A DNA stretch of 63,931 bases, the filler included, from Intoshia linei (taxonomy: Eukaryota; Animalia; Orthonectida): assembly GCA_001642005.1 (NCBI GenBank). It is 6 parts of 6 records of this genome, joined end to end, with 100 filler letters (N's around TTAATTAATTAA, not from the genome) between each part and the next. Parts side by side here need not be neighbours in the genome. Positions count along the whole stretch, not along the records: positions 49,106 to 59,144 come from LWCA01001321.1; positions 59,245 to 60,721 come from LWCA01002602.1; positions 60,822 to 63,931 come from LWCA01002142.1; 3 more parts are not named here. The stretch is one strand, 5' to 3'. The notes below the pieces were generated by a model. It had not been told where the DNA came from and made no database searches. It saw nothing but the letters and a program-made list of their open reading frames with translations. A program made the translations under genes and the position numbers. Numbering within the stretch: the first letter of the stretch is position 1; every line of letters begins with the position of its first letter. This document shows, in pieces, positions 54,439-63,931 of this stretch.

Positions 54439-57400
54439 TTAATCTTTTGTTTCTACAACAGCCATAAAAAATTTCTGATATACATGATTAAATTTTTCTA
54501 AATCAATTTAAATGAAAATAAAAACAATGTTACGTATTATGACATCTAATTTGATAAAATGATTCTTTTTATATACAAAAAAGTAATAAAATGGTACTCC
54601 AGAGAATACAAACAAACATCCTATGAATGATAAAAATGGTTCATATATAATTGCTGCCAAAACAATTAAGAATTGTAACACCAAGAATGAATAGACTATT
54701 ATTGAATGCACCTAAATTTTCAGCTATATGGTTACAGTAATTTATTATTGATTACAAGTTGATTAATAATAATAATAATTTATTATAATTATAACTATCA
54801 ACGATAATGAATATTTTTAATTACTCTAATGGGAGACTGTTTTGCAGCTGGTCTTCTACGTAGTACAACTAGTACACAAATGCAAGCAAAAATTGCGAGA
54901 GATTCCACAAATGTTAAAGCAACAATCAAGTCACTTGTTTTGGTTGTAAATAAAAAACAACAAGATGTTATTCCCTATATTTATATTTTCATATATTAGA
55001 ATAAAATTTAATATTCACAAACTATTAACTCATTAATTATTTTTAAATATATGTTATAGATTATTATTAAAAAATATTGAATTCCATATGGAATAATATA
55101 AATGTCTATCTGAGCCGGGTAGGATAATGTTGTAGTGAAACTAATTATGATTAGACTAGTGCAAGTTAATTGATTAAATTTATAATTAGTAAAAGTTAAA
55201 AAAATTAATTTTTTAATTAAGTTATAATGGCTCTTATTTGGCTAAATAAAACCACGACAAAAACAATTTTTCCAAAAATAGTATCACGTTTATTAAAATT
55301 AGAAATTATTACTGTAAATATTATTGAAAATCCTGGAGTTTTGGTAGAGTTAATAAATGAAAACATTTCTGGTAAATGGTTGTATCTCCCTCCAACGAAA
55401 TACATTCTAAACTTTACATTAAATTTATAATTTATAAATATTTTAAAAAAATGTTGATACCTGGGAACACTCAACATGCAACCGTTTAAACTTCCAAAAG
55501 TTGACGCTGCTACAAAAAATGGAATTGTATATGCAAAATATTTGCTAATTTTAAATGCAAAACTCTAAATTGTATTATTTTTATTATTCTTTAAAAGTAT
55601 TATTTCATTGTCATTGGTCATTAGCAGGGTCCCTTTTTTCTCAAACATTAAAAATTTGTCATAACAAAAAGATATTCTAAAAATTATTCAAATGTTTGAT
55701 TTTAAGATTCATATGAGAAATCAATTATTATAATAATTTTTGATTTTAATTTTTATAATTTTAATTATATAATTATATATTAGTGATTATTAGATTAAGG
55801 GATGTGTGATTTCTGAATCGTAATTCTTAAGATTTGATTCATGTGTGCTTTCATGCTTACATATAAAGTAAAAGTTGGTAAATGTGTGTAGCTATTTACA
55901 TCAGGGGTTCCCAATGTTCATTCGATTAATTCAGTTAGTAGCGATTTTCAATTAGAAGCGATTTTAAAAATAATAAAAACATAAAAAGAAATTTTAAAAA
56001 AAGATAAAAAGTGACATATTAAATATATTAATATCAACTTTGGAAATATCTCATAATCAGTTAAATCAAAAAAAATTTCTTATTTATTATTTAAATTTTT
56101 AAATACATATTAATCGACGTAATCGAAATTTTTTTCCAGGGGCGTTGAAAAAATATATTGATAAAAATAAGGGTCGGTATACAAAATGAGTTTGCAGAAC
56201 CATTGACTTACAGTGTTGTGTATTCAGATACGAACTATCGTGCACTTCATAAACACCATTGTGCATTTATAACAGAGTCCTCAGTGAGGACTCCTTACGC
56301 TTTTTGACACATAACCAGTGGTCACGTTTTATAATTCTAATAGTTTCGTGGGCACCAAAGCTGAATAAATAATATATGCATGAATAGCTACGATGATTAT
56401 TGACTGATTACTGACTTATTGATTATTGATTATATACGAAATTTACTCATTATTCAATATTTAATAATTAAAAAACTGTGTTAATTAAAAAAAAATATAT
56501 TTATTACTGTCACTTTTTATATCAGTGGATCCCAAACTTGCTATAAAAATATCCCCTTACAACCAAAAAGTTCATCAACGCTCCACTCTATCCATCTAAA
56601 ATCGTTTTTTGGGTATACAATGTTTTATAATCGCCCTTTGGGCGATATCGCCCACTTTGGGAACCCCTGGTATATATCTTGTTGGTATATGTCTTAGTGG
56701 GTCGTACATTAATCGTATCCCTGTTTAAAATATTAAGAATGGCGCCAATTAAGAAAAAGATGGGAAAGCGCGCGAAAACCTTAAAAAAAAAACCGCTTAA
56801 TGTTTTTACAGTAAATTTTTCTAAAAATATATTTTTAGTGGTTTTAATTACCCTCTTCAGCGTGGTATAGGGTATTTTCAACTCAAATCAATATTTGTCT
56901 AATGTATAATGATATGTACCGCGCGATATAAGTTGTATCATATGATACACAACAAGAATACGAACACATTGAAATAAATTTATCTCCATTCATGTTTGGT
57001 ATGAATCATACTTTACGATTTATTTTTGGTACACGAAAATTATTATCAGTTTAATAAAACATACCACTGCGACAGCATTTGAATTAATAACTTCATCTAC
57101 TGTTAATTCAGTAAAATAAGCCACATTTGTCAAAACATAAATAATCATAACGAAAGGCATAGACAGATATATAGCTCTAGGTAAATTTCTAAAAGTGACA
57201 ATTAAATCAAAATATACAGGTATACGCTACTAATTTTACAATTAATTTTAGAACAAAAATAATTTTTACACAAATGGATTGACTAGTTCTTCAGTCAAAA
57301 AGTTTAAGGAATACCATCCAGCATAGGCGAATAAACCATTATATAAAGATGTCACATATTGTCCACTAATGTGACGTGAACTACCAACAAATGCATTTGA

Positions 57401-59144
57401 TAAACTACCAAATTTTCCTATAAATTGTTAAATTAAGATGCGTAACAACATTGACTGTTTTACACTTTGAATCGTCATCGTCTACTTTCTAATTTTAAAT
57501 TGGATGGGTGCATTCAGATATGCATTTATTTCAATGCTATTTTTTTAGTTCAGAATCTGAACGTGGTATTATGTTAAGTCAAGGTTAAATTTTGTCCAGA
57601 AGTTACAAGTTAGTAAAAAGTCAAAAAAGTTGGACCCATTTTATTGTGGTACGTGGAATCGACCGGTCCGATACAGATTGATAATATGGCTCTTATTAAA
57701 TTAAGGACGATAAGACAGTCTTTGTGAATATATTATATATAATATATATTTTAATCAAAATAAACCTGTACAAATATTATAAACTCCAATAAATATAATA
57801 ACGAGAAGGATTAAAACTTTTAAAATTGTCGTTAGATCTTGAATTTTATTTGATAATTTAACACTCTTTAAATTTATAACAGTAATAAAACCTATTAAAA
57901 TTAATTAAATTGTTAAAAATATATAATTTATAAATTTTATAGTAACTATAATATATTTACACTGATATTAATATATAATAGTATTATAATAATTATTATT
58001 GGGAAGTACAATTTGATTTAAATTAATTTTCTAAGAAAATATTTATTCACACAATTTCAATTATTGTGCCCCCAATTTTTATAAGATTGGTGCAATAATT
58101 TTGTTAAATTTAGGACTAATTCTAAATATTAACCGCACTCGGATAAATATTTGCTTAAAATCATACATATATAGTATTTAACATGGAAATATCTTAATTA
58201 TAATTATAGTCTACGTATTAGGGTGTTTCACAGAAACAAAACGGAAATTTAATGTAGAAACTATTCAAGTTCATAATATATTACATGAACGTCAGATAAG
58301 AAATTCTTTAATGTAATACGATACTATAAGAATATTAAAATTGCTGTCCCCCCTTCAAAACTAAATTTTAATAAAAATTTTTCACCATTGCATTAATTAT
58401 AATCAAAACTATAAACAAAACATACTCTAAAGTTGTTATAAAATCTGAAATTTTTCAAAATTTCAAACACCCAAACTAAGGGTGATGAATGATTATATGC
58501 GACATTCGTTTAAAAATATTATATATTCATTATTTTTTTAATTATTTCAATTTGACAGTTTTCAATATCAATTTAGTAAATTTTTACTTCAATTTACATA
58601 TCATACTTTGAATATTTTAGTAAAAATTTAAATGAAAGTATAAATCTAACTTCCATTAAATTTTAAATTTTAACACACTTTTTTGTAACGGGTATCAAAG
58701 TTATAAAACTATAAAAAATATATTTGTTGGCTAATTATTTTAGGTTTCAAAAACCGTTGAATTCTATTGAAAACCATAGTACATTGCATTAAATTATTCA
58801 AGTATTAAATTAAATTACTACTATTTTGCCTAAAAATAAACCTTACTAAAAACTATAGCTATATATTTTTTTCAATCTAAAGGTGCGGCCTTATCAATTT
58901 CAGATAATTGGGATATATCATAATGTTTAAAATATGTTCCCCACCCTGCCCTAATACATATAATGTATTAGTAATAATATATTAATATTATTAAATTAAT
59001 AATTTTTAAAAACATTACTCAGAATAACCATAGACAACATGACCACCGAAGAATCTGGCAGAGGTTCATCACAACCTAAATAAGCCACTTGTAAAAAGTT
59101 TTTTGCAGATGTTAAAGCTATTGCTGTATTTGCTGCAGGGTACA
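54439..59144 (-). CDS. SLC7 L-type amino-acid transporter light chain (LAT/y+LAT-like); 5' end lost in the gap
   Basis: [54 protein letters not shown]-like [39 protein letters not shown]. Confidence 0.92.
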
Positions 59145-59244
59145 NNNNNNNNNNNNNNNNNNNNNNNNNNNNNNNNNNNNNNNNNNNNTTAATTAATTAA
59201 NNNNNNNNNNNNNNNNNNNNNNNNNNNNNNNNNNNNNNNNNNNN

Positions 59245-59692
59245 GCAGTTATGGAGGAAGAACTGTCAAACACAGATTTGAAATTGTAGACAGTTGTAGA
59301 CTCATAATGGGCTTAGATTTAATAAAAAATTTAAATTTGATATTCAGTAGGAAAAAAAAATCGTTAACCTCGTTTCAAAGTTCTCTCTAGATATTAAAGT
59401 TAAAGAGGGCGCTATTCCTGTCATATGTATAACAAGAACGTTCCCGTATGGTCTCAATGATCAAGTAAAATGTAAAATGGATGAGTTATTGGCAGATGAT
59501 ATTATTGAGCGAATAGAAAGAAACGAATGGGTAAGTCCATTGCTTGTAGTGCAAAAGAAAGATGGAGATATTAGACTTTGTGTTGACCTGCGATCATTGA
59601 ATGAAAATATTATTGTAGATTTGCATCCTTTTGATTGAAGATATTTTAAATAAAACGCACGGAAGTATATGCTTTTTAAAAATTGATCTTAA
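59245..59692 (+). mobile_element. Ty3/gypsy pol fragment (end of protease and start of RT)
   Basis: IMGLDLI, RTFPYGL, EWVSPLLVVQKKDGDIRLCVDLRSLN, FLKIDL. Confidence 0.88.
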
Positions 59693-60721
59693 CCCATTAG
59701 TAACCGATTACTACATATGTAGTCATTTATGTTTCATATTGTACCTCGAAAAATACTTGATGGAATGGAACAAGTAGATATTTTCTTATAGCCAAGAATA
59801 TACTTTATCTTTAGACACCTTAAATCTCAGATTTGGTGATTGACAACATGTTGATATTGCGGTTTAAATCATTGCCTATTGACAATAAAAATAATAATTT
59901 TCTGATTCATTTTAAGTGATTAAATTAATGAAATCAGCCTAAAATTCTGCTCGAGTAATGATTGCCATTAATCAATGTTATTCATATTTTTGAAAATTGC
60001 ATGGATATTGTGTTAGTTATATAGAGATTTATACATGACTCCATATGTAGTCATTGGCCGCTAACCGGCAAACAAGTTTAATATGATAATTTTATCTAGA
60101 AATTGACAAACTAAACCTATTTATGTGTATTAACTAATTTAATTAACTGAAAATAGATAAATATTTTATTAATCTATATTCAGTTTCTAAGTATATTTAT
60201 ATATTAATTCGTATTTTAAAGAACATATTAGACTGAATAAAATTTAATAAGTTTATTTTAATTATAAATTATCAACATTTGACAGCATGCCTCGTTTTAA
60301 CACTTTAAATAATTCTATTGAAAATGTAGACCCAGATTTATTAACTGATATAATAATGGTTGGTCAACCACAAGGAGGTTATGATTTTACATTTAATTGA
60401 TGAATTTACATTTTGTCGATAACAATCATCTTTTAACAAATAAAATGGCAAAAATCAAACCTTTATATGATATGGGAAATAAAGTATTGATGAAATACGG
60501 AGTGTTTCATAAAGATTGAAGTATCGATGAATCAATGGTGAAATCAAATCAATATTGAATATAAACTTCTTTAAATAGCTGTTGCTATTGACACTTAGTC
60601 ATATTGGTTAAATTTTAATTCTGAGTCATAATGAATATCAAGATATATATAACTAAAATCATTTACTGAATTATCGACATATTTTGGACTTATTAATGTT
60701 GTTTTCCGGTTAGCGGCTAAT
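59693..60721 (+). mobile_element. piggyBac-family element inserted at a TTAA in the gypsy RT
   Basis: TTAA|CCCATTAG start. Remnant LHFVDN..KMAKIKPLYD..N..SIDESMV at about 60400-60540. Inverted copy CCGGTTAGCGGCTAAT at the gap edge. Confidence 0.8.
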
Positions 60722-62040
60722 NNNNNNNNNNNNNNNNNNNNNNNNNNNNNNNNNNNNNNNNNNNNTTAATTAATTAANNNNNNNNNNNNNNNNNNNNNNN
60801 NNNNNNNNNNNNNNNNNNNNNATTTTAAAAATACACACTTTTAGTGCTAATTGCCCATCGAATTCTAAAATTTTCTAAAAAATGTGACACCCTAATGAAC
60901 ATATATGAATGGCGCTAATAATATAATTAAAACTTTCGACACGTCCCACTCAATAATAATCCCGTGATTACTTTTACATAAAAATATTTTTTTGAATGAT
61001 TTATTAACAGTTCCCATAAAATCAGTTATTTTCAATGATCGAAATTTGTTTTCTTATTGAATTTCATCAATTATGCAGTCAGCAAAAGACCCAGGCTTTC
61101 TGTGAAATAAATTTTCTCACCGTTTAAACTTCTTCTCCGATCACTGTAGTAACTACAGTGTAGTTGATCAATCGATTCATGGCAAAAAGTCATATTGATA
61201 TAATATCATATATTGTATATTTTAATAGTGTATGATTTTTTATAAAATTGGGACCACGCCATTGTAAAGATTATGGAAGTTCATTATTTTATTGAAAATG
61301 TTCAAATTCATTATAATTAATTTAGAAGTAATGGTTTTTAATTTTGATATTATTAATTTCTTGACCAAATTTTACGAATAAAACGAACGTTTTTATCAAA
61401 TTTTAACGTTTTTTTTCACTATGGTTAAAACCGTCTATTTTAAGCTTATTAATTTTTACCTTTCAGATGCATTTAATTTTTTTGTTTAATGGCATCTTAT
61501 TAAAAGAATGTGAATTAACATAATTTGAAATTTACCTCTAAATCGGGTGACGTTTATATCTTTTGTAAATCAAAATGTGATATTATGGGGTTATATGGTT
61601 TTTTCCAATTAATTATATTGTATAAAACTAAGAGTAAAGTGACAAGTTAAACATTGTTTCTCAAAATTCTTTTTTACGTCAAAACATGAATGTTACCATA
61701 CCAAATATAATTATACTAATTTTGTACAATCAAATGCGATTTAAACAGTGAAATGTATAATAAATATTATGCTTTTCATAACTGCCGGCTATCTTCAATA
61801 TTCATTGAAATGTATTCATTTCGCTTGCCAACCAAATTGAGTCTGACACCCGTGATCAATAACCAAGGAATAAAACTGATTTTAGTTTTGAAAAAACGAC
61901 TTAACGATTTGAAAATATGACGATTTAAAAATAATGAAAAAGTGACTATGTTTTAAAAACGTGACGTTAGTTACGAAAAACGTCTGTACACTACTGTAGT
62001 GATGATAACGGAAAAACCAAATATATAAACTGTATTTAAA

Positions 62041-63479
62041 CTACAATTGCTGTGTTGAATTTCCATTATACGTAGCTTGATCATCACTGTCGCTGTTGTC
62101 ATTATTCTTATGAATCGAAGTAACATTTCTAAAACTAAAAAATATAGTGTGAATAAAAAAACTTACCTGTCGGGTAATTTGAAATTTCTAGGTTTTTTGG
62201 AACTAACAGGATTTGTAAGGTTCTGATTAGTAAATAAAGAAAATAGAGAATTATATAAGTATGCAGCAAACGTATACGAAGCGTTAAATAAACGCATGAA
62301 AGGAAGATTGAAATAAAAAGGAAATTTATTTGACACGTTGGCTTCATATATCTTTAAAAAAAATATACAAAGTGTATATGTAAATATGAAATTAAATTAT
62401 AAAATTACTTCGACATTTAAAACGGAACTAGGCGTCAAGTTTAGCGAAACAAGTGTTTTATCTTTGTCTTTATCCGTGTATACACAGCGAGAGTACGAAC
62501 TTACCAGTCTAAACTTTGCGTAGTTTGTGTTCTAAAAAAATATATTACATTTCAGTGATTCATCACAAATTACATTGATGATATATAATATAATTGAATT
62601 CAGTAATTCAGTTTCAGGGATATGGATATTTTTAGTGACATTGTTCGGGAATTTAAGTCGAATTTTTGCTATTGGAGAATCGTTATTTTGTAAACCAATA
62701 TTTATAAAGTCCGATTTCTTTAATATATTCGCTGTTTGACTATTATCAGTAGATTTATGATGTACGGGTTCACTAAATAAATTCAAATATTTTTCAAAAC
62801 ATGTTAAGGTACAATATTAATAAATTGTACCTTTGTTGACGAAGGGCTTCGGCATTATTTATTAACGCTTGACGTTCTGGATTTCTATGCACAATTTTAG
62901 GTTTCAAATCTTCTATTATACGTGCCTTTCGTATTTCTTCGTCGATTAAAGAACGTTCCTTTCTATAATTTTAATGATTAACAGTATGTAAGGCACATGA
63001 CTGTTTCAAATTATAATACTTCAAGAACCACAAAACTAATAAATACAAATTACTTGGATTGTTCAATTTTTTGTAAAATTTTTTTTCTTCTTTCTTCGTC
63101 TTCTTTTTTATCTTTCAAAATTTGTTTTAGTTGTTTCTGTCTATCAGTCTCACGTTGGTCCATCAAATCATTAGCATGTTTATCTGCACCTTCAAAAATT
63201 CTATTTTCACGAACGTTTTTCATTCTTTGTTCAAAATCCTGTGACGGTTTTTGTTTCTTTATTGGTGTTGTTAATCTAATAATTTCATAAATTATAACAT
63301 TTTATTTCCAAAAATAATATTATAACATTAGTATAATATATAGTATTATATAATATTATGAATAAAGTTAGAAATTCCTGATAATTAGTATATTAAAATA
63401 AGCATACTCAATGTGTCCTTTTCCATCAATAATTAATTCATTATATAAATTTTCAATCTCCTTTATCTCCTCAGGGTTC
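62041..63479 (-). CDS. UBXN4: UBX domain protein 4 (erasin)-like; 5' exon or exons not identified
   Basis: Charged coiled coil, UBX domain (AKIRLKFPN..FRLVSSYSR..TLVSLNLTPSSVL), amphipathic hydrophobic segment, and the diagnostic C-terminus DDQATYNGNSTQQL* (cf. UBXN4 TWNGNSTQQM). Confidence 0.88.
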
Positions 63480-63515
63480 TAGTTATATAATAAATATTTT
63501 CAAAATAACTTATTC

Positions 63516-63757
63516 TGTATAATACTAAGAGTAGAGTGCTGGATTACAATCCCAAGTTTAAGCACATATAGCTCTTTGATGATACGAGTACGTGCGATGC
63601 ATAATATCGAACAATTCGACAATCATAGAAGCCTGTGCGATAGTTAAACATAGTTAGTTAGTTACATTAGTTAAACATTAAATTATTAATTAAATATAAG
63701 TAAACAATCTATTTTATTTTATTGGCTTCTAATTTTTTCTCTAATTTAGTCTTAACA
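63516..63757. mobile_element. Possible solo LTR
   Basis: TGT...ACA ends with an imperfect inverted repeat. Flanks TATTC/TATTA could be a 5-bp TSD with one mismatch. Internal AGTT(A) repeats. Confidence 0.4.
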
Positions 63758-63931
63758 TATTAAAGTACCTAGTTAGCACACATTAGTAGAAAACATCATG
63801 GCATATTGTGTAATAAATACAATCCAATTTCACATAGCTTGTTTTAAATTTTACAACATACAGTCAAACACCGTTAATAGTTAATTTTTTTACTACAATT
63901 TGACAGTGTAATTATAGCTAGTAGACAATTT

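Noticed and set aside
61060-61192. Short minus-strand ORF (MTFCHES..ESLGLL) as the SLC7 first exon
   Set aside because: No GxxIGSGIF TM1 motif and an early stop; cannot be supported.
63530-63560. TAGAGTGCTGGATTACAATCCC resembling part of a tRNA
   Set aside because: No B-box or acceptor stem; lies in a probable solo LTR.

Overview
This is eukaryotic (animal) genomic scaffold, very AT-rich, with five 100-nt N-gaps that carry an artificial TTAATTAATTAA spacer. Genes are compact and highly divergent, with many introns of about 30-55 nt. That combination suggests a reduced parasitic bilaterian such as the orthonectid Intoshia linei (inference only). Host genes read by manual splicing: RSK (RPS6KA), two tandem SLC22-like transporters, GRB2, the 5' half of REV1, SNX29, SEC61B (missed by the ORF track), cyclin Y, a frameshifted PITPNM/RdgB, NMD3, an SLC30 zinc transporter, a lachesin/IgLON-like Ig protein, an SLC7 amino-acid transporter and UBXN4. 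Introns and intergenic DNA hold decayed hAT, Tc1, piggyBac, MULE, Chapaev-like, Sola-like and Ty3/gypsy pieces, non-autonomous Helitrons and MITEs. The stand-out is an endogenous non-retroviral RNA-virus element at about 28914-29350 (-). It is an alpha-like (Martellivirales/virga-like) RdRp fragment with motifs B-E, fused in frame to a gypsy gag just behind a short LTR. It sits in an ~8 kb transposon cluster whose coding remnants are all antisense to the interrupted REV1 gene, an arrangement resembling a uni-strand piRNA cluster. Homologue motifs quoted below are recalled from knowledge of the families, not from database searches. Exon boundaries are manual and approximate.
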